Source: an uncultured Bdellovibrionales bacterium
Lineage (GTDB): Bacteria > Patescibacteriota > Minisyncoccia > Moranbacterales > GWC2-37-73
Direction: 5' to 3'
Length of the DNA stretch: 64,000 bases
Assembly (NCBI GenBank): GCA_964609855.1
Contig: CAZSTB010000005.1
Span: 1,467 to 65,466 of the forward strand
The stretch's first letter is position 1, and the number at the start of each line of letters is the position of its first letter. Made by a program: the position numbers and the translations under genes. This document shows, in pieces, positions 28,678 through 38,248 of the stretch. The notes beneath the pieces were generated by a model. It did no database searches and had not been told where the DNA came from. It saw only the letters and a program-made list of their open reading frames with translations.

Positions 28678-28762
28678 TTTTATTGTCAGTGAAGTCGAGC
28701 AAAGCAAAATGAATTTTTGTTTCTTGCCTACCGCCAGCCTATCCGTGACGGGGCAGGTAGCC
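28678..28762 (-). repeat. Degenerate reverse copy of the 3' part of the AATAAA element (copy-2 type)
   Basis: TTTTATT...GCAAAATGAATTTT.GTTT...CCTACCGCCAGCCTATCCGT.GACGGGGCAGG aligns with the reverse complement of 25215-25294. Confidence 0.6.
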
Positions 28763-28889
28763 ATAAGTGAGCTATGACATCAAATAGTATTTATTTGCAT
28801 TTTGAATTTTTTTACGTTAGTATCAATATATATTTTAAAAAATGTTCTTTCGCAATGCGACTATAAATTCAAATCATAGGAGGTGTAGT

Positions 28890-29069
28890 ATGGATGATGG
28901 TAAGCGAATGACATACTGTGCAAGTTTGGGTATGATCGTGCTTTTAGTCGTAGTGATAACAGGGGTCCTGCTTTTTGTTAAGCCGGCAGAAAAAAAAGCA
29001 ACTGCTGGTACTGAGAATCAGAAAAACATGACCAAGACTAAGCTGTCTGAAAACGGCGCAAAGAAATGA
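28890..29069 (+). CDS. Small single-TM protein
   Basis: AGGAGGT SD; one TM helix; terminator at 29088-29118. Confidence 0.65.
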   Translation: MDDGKRMTYCASLGMIVLLVVVITGVLLFVKPAEKKATAGTENQKNMTKTKLSENGAKK

Positions 29070-29291
29070 ATCTAAATTTTACCCAAAAAGGGAAAAGACT
29101 GATTAAGTCTTTTCCCTTTAAAATAAGGTTCTATTGCAATATGTGGCGCGATAAATTATAATTGTAAGGTGTAAATATGTAATGTTTAAGGTAGTATTTA
29201 AATTAATTTACGTGTGAGGTCATTTTCTTAGTTTGAATTAAATAATTATCAAATTTTGAGCGGGCAATGCCTATTCAAATTTCACTATCGG

Positions 29292-30962
29292 ATGAATACC
29301 AAGAAAAAACTACAACTGAAATTCGCAGGCATCGTACTGCTGGCTGTTATGGTCGGGCTAATTGCATATCCTCAATCAGTTAAGCGTGTGCCATACTTGT
29401 ATGAAGCTTTAAATAAATTCAATGTAAAATTGGGATTGGATTTGCAAGGTGGTATTCACCTGGAATATAAAGCAGATGTTACGAATATAGAGCCATCGAA
29501 AATAAGTGAAGCCCTTCAAGGCGCACAAGATGTGATTGAAAGACGTGTAAATGCTTTTGGCGTAGGTGAGCCATTGGTGCAAACAGCAAAAAGTGGAGAT
29601 GATTGGCGGGTAATAGTGGAATTACCAGGAGTTAAAGATATTGAGCAAGCCAAGCAACAAATAAAAGAAACTCCTCTATTGGAATTTAAAGAGGAGGGTA
29701 TGGAGCCCCAAATCGCAGAAATGTTCGATTCTCAAAATGCACAAGCCAAAGAAAAAGCTGAGGGGTTACTAAGGGAAGTTAAGGCTGGGGGTGATTTTGA
29801 GCAACTAGCTAAGGAAAATAGTCAGGATTCTGGCTCGAAAGAAAAAGGTGGAGATTTGGACTTTGTTAAAAAAGGTGCATTTGTTCCTGAATTTGACAAG
29901 GTGCTTTTCGAGGAAAAACTGAAACCAGGAGAAGTTTATCCCGAATTGGTAGAATCGGATTTTGGTTGGCATATTATTAGATTGATGGAAACGAGAGGAG
30001 AAGGGGATGATCTCGAAGTCCGCGCCCAGCATATTCTATTGAGCAAACTGAATCTTGATCAATATCCGCAATTTAAATACAAAGCAACAGGGCTTACTGG
30101 AAAAAACCTAAAAAGTGCAAGTGTAGTTTTTCAGAGTCAAGGAATTGGAGAGCCGCAAATTTCTTTGAAATTCGATGATGAGGGTACAAAGCTTTTTGCC
30201 GACCTGACAAAGGCAAATCTTGGCAAAACAATTGCAATTTTATTGGACGGCGAAATTATCAGCGCACCGACTGTGCAATCTGAAATCACAAATGGTGAGG
30301 CTGTTATTACAGGGCAATTTACCGTACAAGAAGCAAAAGAACTAGCTAAAAGCCTGAATACGGGGGCACTTCCAGTTCCGCTTACGTTGGTTGGGCAACA
30401 AAGTATTGAAGCCACATTAGGCGCTGACTCATTGCGTACGAGTGTTATTGCTGGAGCAATCGGTCTTGGAGCGGTTATACTTTTTATGTTGATATTCTAT
30501 CGTTTCTTGGGTTTAGTCGCATCGTTGGCATTGCTCATCTACACTGCGCTGATGATTGCCATTTTTAAATTTACGGGAATCACACTTACGCTTTCTGGAA
30601 TTGCCGGTTTCGTGCTTTCTATTGGTATGGCCGTGGATGCGAATATCTTAATTTTTGAACGAACTAAAGAGGAAATCAGAAACGGAAGAACCATTGCTAA
30701 TTCACTTGACGAAGGATTTAAGCGGGCATGGACTTCCATTCGCGACGGTAACATCTCATCACTTCTAACTGCAGGTATCCTATATTTGATGGGCACGGGG
30801 TTTGTGAAAGGTTTTGCTGCCGCCCTGTTTATCGGAGTTGTAGTTTCAATGTTTACCGCAGTAGTAATTACTCGCACCATGCTTAAATTTATCATAAGTG
30901 ATTGGATTCATGGTCGCACTTGGATGGTTGGGGTTAGAAAATCCAAAATAAAGTCAGAATAA
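29292..30962 (+). CDS. secD: Protein translocase subunit SecD with an embedded parvulin-type PPIase domain
   Basis: LGLDLQGG, RRVNAFGV.EP, GALPVP, GMAVDANILIFER; insert FEQLAKENSQD.GS..KGGDL.F...FVPEF...VESDFGWHII. Confidence 0.93.
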   Translation: MNTKKKLQLKFAGIVLLAVMVGLIAYPQSVKRVPYLYEALNKFNVKLGLDLQGGIHLEYKADVTNIEPSKISEALQGAQDVIERRVNAFGVGEPLVQTAKSGDDWRVIVELPGVKDIEQAKQQIKETPLLEFKEEGMEPQIAEMFDSQNAQAKEKAEGLLREVKAGGDFEQLAKENSQDSGSKEKGGDLDFVKKGAFVPEFDKVLFEEKLKPGEVYPELVESDFGWHIIRLMETRGEGDDLEVRAQHILLSKLNLDQYPQFKYKATGLTGKNLKSASVVFQSQGIGEPQISLKFDDEGTKLFADLTKANLGKTIAILLDGEIISAPTVQSEITNGEAVITGQFTVQEAKELAKSLNTGALPVPLTLVGQQSIEATLGADSLRTSVIAGAIGLGAVILFMLIFYRFLGLVASLALLIYTALMIAIFKFTGITLTLSGIAGFVLSIGMAVDANILIFERTKEEIRNGRTIANSLDEGFKRAWTSIRDGNISSLLTAGILYLMGTGFVKGFAAALFIGVVVSMFTAVVITRTMLKFIISDWIHGRTWMVGVRKSKIKSE

Positions 30963-31073
30963 TTTCGAATTTTTAATTTAGAATTTCGATTCAATTTTGA
31001 ATGACTAAATGTTTGAAACATCGGAACATTAATATTTTCATTCAAAATTGAAAATTGGAAATTCAAAAAATTT
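30960..31073. repeat. Inverted heptamer array (TTTCGAA / TTCAAAA), gene-less
   Basis: AATTTCGAATTTTTAATTTAGAATTTCGA ... TTCAAAATTGAAAATTGGAAATTCAAAAAATT. Confidence 0.72.
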
Positions 31074-31080
31074 ATCAACT

Positions 31081-31983
31081 ATGTATAACATTATTCCAAA
31101 AACTAAATACGCTTACATTTTCTCCATCGTCATTTCTCTGTTGAGCATCTTAAGTTTATTTGTATGGGGATTGAAGCCGGATATTGATTTCACTGGAGGA
31201 ACTCGCATGGGAATTAAGTTTGCAACTGAAGTTCCTGAAAAGCAAGAAATTTTTGATGCAGTTAAAGACCTTAATCTTACGAGTTTATCTGTTCAGGGTA
31301 GTGAAAATAATTCTGTATTCATGCGTTATGCTTCTGAGGAAGATAAGACTAATGAAGAAGTTTGGAAAACAATCAGTTCGAAATATCCAGACGCAACACA
31401 ATTAAGTGTTGATTTTATAAACTCTTCAGTATCAAAAGAACTGAAAACCAAGTCTCTTAATGCAATCGTGATTGCCATCATGTCGATCATGGCATATATC
31501 GCCTGGGCGTTCCGTAGGGTTTCCAAGCCGGTGCAATCCTGGAAATATGGCGCAGGTGCGGTTATTGCTTTGGCTCATGATATATTGATCACTGCCGGTG
31601 TGTTTTCTTTGCTTGGTCATTTTTACGGTATAGAAGTTGGAATTCCTTTTATTGCAGCACTTTTGACGATATTAGGTTTTTCCGTACACGATACGATTGT
31701 AGTATATGATAGAACTAGAGAAAATCTGCTGAGGACCTCTCATAAAGAACCATTTGCCGATGTTGTAAATCGCTCGCTCAATGAAACGCTAGTGCGTTCA
31801 ATCAATACATCTTTTACGGTGGTTATTACGCTGTTAGCTATCTACCTATTTGGGGGAGCGTCGATTAAATATTTTGCCTTGGCACTTTTGGTTGGTGTGA
31901 CTTTCGGAACATATTCATCAATTTTTATCGCCTCCGCCCTCTTGGTTACAAGTTACAATCTGACTGTGAAACATAGAAGTTAA
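31081..31983 (+). CDS. secF: Protein translocase subunit SecF
   Basis: IDFTGGT, ALAHD, GFSVHDTIVVYDR.REN, RSINTS, GTYSSIF. Confidence 0.95.
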   Translation: MYNIIPKTKYAYIFSIVISLLSILSLFVWGLKPDIDFTGGTRMGIKFATEVPEKQEIFDAVKDLNLTSLSVQGSENNSVFMRYASEEDKTNEEVWKTISSKYPDATQLSVDFINSSVSKELKTKSLNAIVIAIMSIMAYIAWAFRRVSKPVQSWKYGAGAVIALAHDILITAGVFSLLGHFYGIEVGIPFIAALLTILGFSVHDTIVVYDRTRENLLRTSHKEPFADVVNRSLNETLVRSINTSFTVVITLLAIYLFGGASIKYFALALLVGVTFGTYSSIFIASALLVTSYNLTVKHRS

Positions 31984-32022
31984 TTTTAAATTAAAAATTT
32001 TAAATTTTAAATTATTGAATAT

Positions 32023-32301
32023 ATGAGTATTCTAGACGCATTTAAAAAGAAAGATGAAAAGAAGAAGTCGGACAATCCGATGGATCCGAGTAATATGGGT
32101 ATGCTTCAACGCATGGCTATGAAAAAACTACAAAAAATGAGTCCAGAAGAAAGGGAGAATTTGATGAAGAAAGTTATGACTCCGGATAATATTCAAAAAA
32201 ATAAAGCAGATATCTTGAAAACTTTGGAAGCCATGAAAAAATCAGGTCAAATGAATGACCATCAGATTTTTGAAGCCAAGAAAAGATTAGGACTCTTGTA
32301 A
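32023..32301 (+). CDS. Small Lys/Met-rich helical hypothetical protein
   Basis: 92-aa ORF; bidirectional terminator at 32319-32352. Confidence 0.7.
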   Translation: MSILDAFKKKDEKKKSDNPMDPSNMGMLQRMAMKKLQKMSPEERENLMKKVMTPDNIQKNKADILKTLEAMKKSGQMNDHQIFEAKKRLGLL

Positions 32302-32353
32302 GCCTACTTGAGAAATTTAAAAGCCGGGAACGCGCAAAGCGTCCCGGCTTTTA

Positions 32354-33136
32354 TTATGCCTGAATCTCATTGAGCTTCGGCTTATGCTTCTTGGCATACA
32401 TCTCAGCATCTGCTCTTGATAATGCTTCCATTATATCCTCATTAGGATTAAAAACGTGAATCCCCATGGTTATGGAAAGAAGAATTCTCATACTCTTGCA
32501 ATAGAAAGGGGTCTTGCTTAGATTTTCGTGGATTCGCTGACAAATTATGCTGACCTCATTGAGCGCTTCAATTTCGCTATCGGAATTGCTGATTTTCAAG
32601 GCTGCGCAAAATTCATCCCCACCATATCTGCAGAGATAATTTTCCGTATCCTCTCTTATTTCTTGTCGCATAATTTCGGCGCATGTGCATATTGCTGAAT
32701 CTCCGAACGCATGTCCATAAGAGTCATTAATATTTTTGAACTTGTCTATGTCCATGAAAACCAAAATGAGATAGGTCTGCTGTCCCTTTCGGATATCTCT
32801 CAGTACTTGTTTTTGCAGTCGGCGAAGGGATTCTTCCAAGTATAGGCGATTATGAAGTCCCGTTAGGGGATCGCGCATTGAATTTTCCAGATGCTTAAAA
32901 AGACTTTTGCCTCCCCTTGTCCAGCCGTAGGAAAAGAAGAATACTATAAGTGATGGTACGAGGAATAGGAAGTAGCTTTTAAATTCCGGTGCGTTAACTT
33001 CCAAAAATCCGTAAATATAGAGATTTGCAAAAGATGAAGCCAGTCCTGCGATAATTACGATAATCCATCGCTTATTGCTATTTAATTTAACTATCCACCA
33101 GTCGTAGAGTTTCTCTTCCGATTTGCTTAGATGCAT
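32354..33136 (-). CDS. Membrane-anchored GGDEF diguanylate cyclase
   Basis: Two TM, DPLTGLHNR, DIDKFK.INDSYGH.FGD, RYGGDEF, AD..MY.KK. Confidence 0.92.
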   Translation of the reverse strand: MHLSKSEEKLYDWWIVKLNSNKRWIIVIIAGLASSFANLYIYGFLEVNAPEFKSYFLFLVPSLIVFFFSYGWTRGGKSLFKHLENSMRDPLTGLHNRLYLEESLRRLQKQVLRDIRKGQQTYLILVFMDIDKFKNINDSYGHAFGDSAICTCAEIMRQEIREDTENYLCRYGGDEFCAALKISNSDSEIEALNEVSIICQRIHENLSKTPFYCKSMRILLSITMGIHVFNPNEDIMEALSRADAEMYAKKHKPKLNEIQA

Positions 33137-33344
33137 TTTTATTCTCCTATAAATGAACTAACTGCTTAATCTTGGTCGTAAAGCTTTATAGCACAAGTAT
33201 TGGGTTCTGGCAAGTAAAATGAGTTTGAGTATTGCTAAAAACGGCCATAATTGGTACTATTGATACATAATATTTGTAGAAGAAGTTTATTAGGTGGGTA
33301 TTTAAATAGGTATTTAAATACGTATTTTTTAAGAAAATTGGAAT

Positions 33345-34544
33345 ATGAACAAACAAAACCTGGAAAAACAGATAGATGAAATTCTTTCCCGCGGTGTTAA
33401 TGAGGTTATAGATAAAGAGCATCTTAAAAAAAGATTGCTTAGTGGTGAAAAACTTCGTATTAAACTTGGGATAGACCCGACTAGTCCTAATTTGCATTTA
33501 GGCAGGGCTGTTTCCCTGATGAAGCTAAGGGACTTTCAGCAACTAGGTCATCAGATAGTTTTGATTATTGGTGATTTTACGGGAGTAATTGGAGATACCT
33601 CGGATAAGGAAAGCGAAAGGCCGATGCTTGAAAAAGAAACTGTTGAAAGCAATCTGACAACTTATCTTGAGCAGGCCGGAAAACTTTTAGATATGGACAA
33701 TGTTGAATTTCACAGAAATTCCGAGTGGTTAGGTAAATTGACCTATGGGGAGATTTCTGAACAGGCAGATACTTTTTCTTTGGCAGAATTTATTGCGCGT
33801 GAAAATATTAAGAAGAGATTGGAAAAGGGTACGCGCGTTTCTCTGCGTGAACTTCTGTATCCATTGATGCAAGGGTATGACAGTGTGATGCTAAAAGCGG
33901 ATGTTGAACTTGGCGGGACAGACCAGCGTTTTAATCTGCTGGCTGGTAGAGAATTGCAGAAAAAATACAAGCAACTTCCTCAGGACATTTTAATGGTTAA
34001 TTTAATCGAAGGTTTGGATGGGCGCAAAATGAGTTCATCTTGGGGCAATACGATTAATCTTACTGATGATGCAAATTCGATGTTTGGAAAGGTTATGAGT
34101 ATGGGCGACGAGCTTATTGGAAAGTATTTCATTCATTGTACGCGTCTTCCAATGGAAGAAATAGTTGAGATTGAAAAACAGATGAAAGACGGCGCTCTGA
34201 ATCCTCGCGATGCTAAACTCAGACTTGCGGGAGAGATTACTGAGATTTATCACGGAGAAGAAGCGGCTCGTCAGGCGCGCGAATATTTTATAAACACTTT
34301 CTCTAAAAAGGAAATTCCGACTGATATTGCGGAATTTAAGATTGAGGGAGAGATGAAATTGGCGGAATTAGTTTTGAAATCCGGAAATGCTTCGAGCATG
34401 GGCGATGCCCGTCGCAAGATTGAACAGGGGGGCGTTTCCGTGGACGAAGAAAAGTTTCTTGATCCGCAATTTATCGTGACAAAAGATTTGGACCAAAAAG
34501 TTTTAAAGATCGGAAAAATGGGATTTGTAAAAATTGTATTTTAG
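33345..34544 (+). CDS. tyrS: Tyrosyl-tRNA synthetase
   Basis: GIDPT.P.LHLG, YPLMQGYDS, GGTDQ.FN, KMSSS, C-terminal S4 domain. Confidence 0.97.
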   Translation: MNKQNLEKQIDEILSRGVNEVIDKEHLKKRLLSGEKLRIKLGIDPTSPNLHLGRAVSLMKLRDFQQLGHQIVLIIGDFTGVIGDTSDKESERPMLEKETVESNLTTYLEQAGKLLDMDNVEFHRNSEWLGKLTYGEISEQADTFSLAEFIARENIKKRLEKGTRVSLRELLYPLMQGYDSVMLKADVELGGTDQRFNLLAGRELQKKYKQLPQDILMVNLIEGLDGRKMSSSWGNTINLTDDANSMFGKVMSMGDELIGKYFIHCTRLPMEEIVEIEKQMKDGALNPRDAKLRLAGEITEIYHGEEAARQAREYFINTFSKKEIPTDIAEFKIEGEMKLAELVLKSGNASSMGDARRKIEQGGVSVDEEKFLDPQFIVTKDLDQKVLKIGKMGFVKIVF

Positions 34545-34560
34545 AAATAATTATTGTTTA

Positions 34561-34621
34561 TGTCATCCTGAACTTGTTTCAGGATCTATATTTTAGATTC
34601 CGGATTAAGTCCGGAATGACA
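34561..34621. repeat. GTCAT..ATGAC REP/RPE-like palindrome
   Basis: TGTCATCCTGAACTTGTTTCAGGATCT...AGATTCCGGATTAAGTCCGGAATGACA. Confidence 0.85.
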
Positions 34622-34631
34622 AGGGGAATAT

Positions 34632-35660
34632 ATGAAAGAAAAAATCGAAAAAATTAAATCAGAGGCGTTGGTTGAAATAAGTTCGGCGGCATCTTTTGAC
34701 ATGGCTGAAGAGCTTCGCATTAAGTATTTGGGAAGAAAAAGTGAATTTAACAATATCCTGAAAGGACTTAAGGATTTGGATGTCGACGAGCGAAAAAATG
34801 TCGGGCAATTGGCAAATATAGTGAAAGCCGAAATCGAGACAGCTTTTTTGGAAAAGGAAAAGGAACTTTCTGAAAAAAGTTTTGATTTTTCTGCGGAAAA
34901 AATCGATGTGACGATGCCGGCAAAAAAAATCAGAAGAGGGTATTTGCATCCTCTAACTATAATTCAAAATGAACTTGAAGATATTTTTACCTCAATGGGC
35001 TTCGAAATCGCAGATGGTCCTGAAGTTGAAACAGAATTTTACGCATTCGATGCGCTTAATATTCCAGAGAACCATCCCGCAAGAGACAAATGGGATACCT
35101 TTTGGCTAAAGCAGGTTGGCGATAAGGAAAAAGTTTTATTGCGTCCACACACCTCACCAGTACAGGTGCGGTATATGGAGTCGCATAAACCTCCGTTTCG
35201 CATCATTGCTCCCGGGAAATGTTTTCGTAATGAATCCACTGATGCTACCCATGAACATTCATTTTATCAATTTGAAGCGTTAATGGTAGGAGAAGACGTG
35301 AATGTCGGAAATTTCAAGTATGTCGCTCAACAATTTTTTTCAAGATTCTTTAAGAAAGAAATTACGATCAGACTTAGGCCGAGTTTCTTTCCTTTTACGG
35401 AACCAAGTTTTGAATTTGATGTCAGCTGCACGGTATGTGGTGGAAAAGGATGTTCTTCATGTAAAAATACCGGTTGGCTTGAAGTTGGCGGCGCAGGCAT
35501 GGTGAATCAGGCTGTTTTTGAGGCAGCAGGATATCCCAAAGGAAAGTATCAAGGGTTTGCTTGGGGATTCGGACTCGAAAGGCTTTTGATGATGCGTCAT
35601 AAAATCAATGACGTGAGACTTTTTCATGGAGGGGATATTCGATTTATAAAACAATTTTAA
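34632..35660 (+). CDS. pheS: Phenylalanyl-tRNA synthetase alpha subunit
   Basis: HPARD..DTF, LRPHTSPVQ, FPFTEPS, GFAWGFGLER. Confidence 0.97.
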   Translation: MKEKIEKIKSEALVEISSAASFDMAEELRIKYLGRKSEFNNILKGLKDLDVDERKNVGQLANIVKAEIETAFLEKEKELSEKSFDFSAEKIDVTMPAKKIRRGYLHPLTIIQNELEDIFTSMGFEIADGPEVETEFYAFDALNIPENHPARDKWDTFWLKQVGDKEKVLLRPHTSPVQVRYMESHKPPFRIIAPGKCFRNESTDATHEHSFYQFEALMVGEDVNVGNFKYVAQQFFSRFFKKEITIRLRPSFFPFTEPSFEFDVSCTVCGGKGCSSCKNTGWLEVGGAGMVNQAVFEAAGYPKGKYQGFAWGFGLERLLMMRHKINDVRLFHGGDIRFIKQF

Positions 35661-35664
35661 ATTT

Positions 35665-38112
35665 ATGAAATATAGTTACAATTGGCTTAAAGAACTTTCT
35701 GGCACAACTAAAAATCCCCAGGAATTAGCACAACTGCTCATGCTTCACGCATTCGAAGTTGAAGGCATCGAGCAGCAGAATAAATTGGAGGGAGTCGTGG
35801 TTGGTGAAATATTAGAAATTACCAAACATCCCAACGCGGATAAATTACAAATTACCAAAACTGATATTGGATCGGAAGTTTTGACTATAGTTTGCGGCGC
35901 AAAAAATATCGCAGTGGGGGATAAAGTTCCCGTTGCGGTTGTTGGCACCTCTCTTCCTGCCTCAGCGAAAGACGGGACTGGAGAATTCGTAATCAAGGAA
36001 GCTGAGATTCGCGGCGAAAAATCTTTCGGTATGCTTTGCGCAGAAGATGAGTTGGGACTAGGCGCAAGTCACGAAGGTATATTGCAACTTGATAAGCAAC
36101 TTGCGGTCGGTAGTACTATCGCTGATGTTTTGGAGTTGAGTGACGCCACGATAGAAATAGACATTCTTGCTAACAGGGCGCACGACGCACTTTCGCATGT
36201 GGGAATGGCGAGAGAGATTGCGGCATTGGAGGGAAGAGAAATAGATTATGATTATGACGGTTTGAAATTGCCAAGAAAAAATAGCAAGAAACTGACGGTT
36301 GCGATTCAGGATAAAAATATTTGTTCAAGATATATTGGAATCGTAATGGAGAATGTTAAAGTTTCGCAGTCGCCGCAATGGATTAAAAACAGACTGAAAA
36401 ATTCAGGCATACGCTCAATTAATAATATTGTGGATGCGACAAATCTAGTGATGTTGGAAATTGGACAACCGCTGCATGCTTTTGATTTTGATAAAGTGAA
36501 GTCATCAGTAATTAAAAATCAGTCAGTAGCCAATATTACTGTTCGCAGCGCTAATAAGGGAGAGGAAATTGTGATTTTGGATGGAAGCAAAAAGAAATTA
36601 TCCAAAGATGATATTGTTATCGCAAACGAAAAAGAGGCGATTGCTCTTGCTGGAGTGATGGGCGGTCTGGAAAGTGGCGTAACCGAAGAAACAACCTCAA
36701 TTATTTTGGAGGCGGCAAATTTTTCTCCTGCCATGATAAGAAGAACTAGAATGAGGCTAGGTTTGGCAAGTGATGCGGCAATGCGCTTTGAAAAAGAAAT
36801 CGATCCTAATATTGCCGAGAAGGCCGCTATGAGGGTGGTTGAAATTTTAGAGCACATCGCAGATGCAACTTTAGAGGGAATGGATGAAAAATATTTAGCA
36901 AAGAAAGAATCCTGGAAAGTGCAATTAGATTTGGCAAAAGCTGATAAATTATTAGGCGTAACTATCGATAAGAAAATCAGCAAAAAAATTCTTGCAACTT
37001 TAGGCGTAAAAGTTTCCGGATCAGGTAATATTATCAAAGCTACAATTCCCACCTTTAGATTGGATTTGCAATCAGCTGAAGATTTGATAGAGGAAATCGG
37101 CAGAGTTTACGGCTATGAAAAAATTACACCTATTGCACCATTGGTGTCGGTTGCTCCTGCTCAAATAAATGAAAAAAGGTTATTCGCGCGCAGCATGAAA
37201 GATATTCTGGCTTCTCTTGGTTTTTTTGAGATGTACAATTATTCTTTCTATTCTCAAAAAGACGTGGAATTAGCTAAGCTTTCGGGTAGCAAGCATTTAG
37301 AATTGGAAGCACCCATGAATCCTGAGCAGGCTTTGATGCGCGTGAGCTTGATTCCTGGCGTCTTGAAAAATGTCAGAGAGAATCTGAAGAACTTCAAGGA
37401 ATTTAATGTTTTCGAAATTGGAAAAATATATTTACCGAGCGAGGATATTTTGCCTCAAGAAAAAAACATGCTCGTGGGAGCAATTATTATTGAGAAAAAA
37501 AATGCCAAAGAGGAAAAAATGGATTTGCGCCACAGTTCAAATTTTTTCCATGGAAAATCCGTTATGGATCATGTGCTTGAGCGACTTGGAATTACAGACC
37601 AGTATTACGATGATTACAAACATGAATCAGAGAACTCACCAAGCACACTTTGGCACAAAGGTCGTAGCGCTCAAATAAAAACTGAGGGCAAGGGAGAAAC
37701 TATCGGGTATATCGGTGAAATCAGTCCACTCGTTCTTGAGGGATATGATATCAGTACTCGTGTAGTGGTTTTCGAATTGGAAATGGATAAACTGGCTGAA
37801 ATTTCTGAGAGTGAGCGAGAATTCACACCAATCAGAAAACATCCGACTTTGACCAGGGATATTTCTTTGATTGCCGGTGCGGATGTACGAATTGATGACA
37901 TTCTGATGATTGTTCAAAGAGCAGGAGGTGACCTTGTTTTAGATGTCGATCTTTTTGATGCTATTGATTTTTCAGATAACACTTCTAGTTTTGCATTCCA
38001 TCTTATTTTTGGAGCAGCAGAGCGTTCTTTAACCGGAAAAGAAGTGGATGAAATAATGCAAACCATCGCTGGAGAACTTGAGGAGAAGCTTGATTTAAAA
38101 ATGCGTAGATAG
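35665..38112 (+). CDS. pheT: Phenylalanyl-tRNA synthetase beta subunit
   Basis: HPNADKL, GMLC...ELG, NR.HDALS, LAGVMGG, DLIEEIGRVYGY, RDIS. Confidence 0.97.
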   Translation: MKYSYNWLKELSGTTKNPQELAQLLMLHAFEVEGIEQQNKLEGVVVGEILEITKHPNADKLQITKTDIGSEVLTIVCGAKNIAVGDKVPVAVVGTSLPASAKDGTGEFVIKEAEIRGEKSFGMLCAEDELGLGASHEGILQLDKQLAVGSTIADVLELSDATIEIDILANRAHDALSHVGMAREIAALEGREIDYDYDGLKLPRKNSKKLTVAIQDKNICSRYIGIVMENVKVSQSPQWIKNRLKNSGIRSINNIVDATNLVMLEIGQPLHAFDFDKVKSSVIKNQSVANITVRSANKGEEIVILDGSKKKLSKDDIVIANEKEAIALAGVMGGLESGVTEETTSIILEAANFSPAMIRRTRMRLGLASDAAMRFEKEIDPNIAEKAAMRVVEILEHIADATLEGMDEKYLAKKESWKVQLDLAKADKLLGVTIDKKISKKILATLGVKVSGSGNIIKATIPTFRLDLQSAEDLIEEIGRVYGYEKITPIAPLVSVAPAQINEKRLFARSMKDILASLGFFEMYNYSFYSQKDVELAKLSGSKHLELEAPMNPEQALMRVSLIPGVLKNVRENLKNFKEFNVFEIGKIYLPSEDILPQEKNMLVGAIIIEKKNAKEEKMDLRHSSNFFHGKSVMDHVLERLGITDQYYDDYKHESENSPSTLWHKGRSAQIKTEGKGETIGYIGEISPLVLEGYDISTRVVVFELEMDKLAEISESEREFTPIRKHPTLTRDISLIAGADVRIDDILMIVQRAGGDLVLDVDLFDAIDFSDNTSSFAFHLIFGAAERSLTGKEVDEIMQTIAGELEEKLDLKMRR

Positions 38113-38248
38113 CGTAAAAAAAAGCAGAATATTCAAAAACAAAGGAGATTAAACCTCCTTTGTTTTTTGAGTTTTTTCGCTCTTGACAAATATTTTATAT
38201 GTGTTAATATAATTTGAAACCTAATATAATCATATTTTGTCTAAAAAA

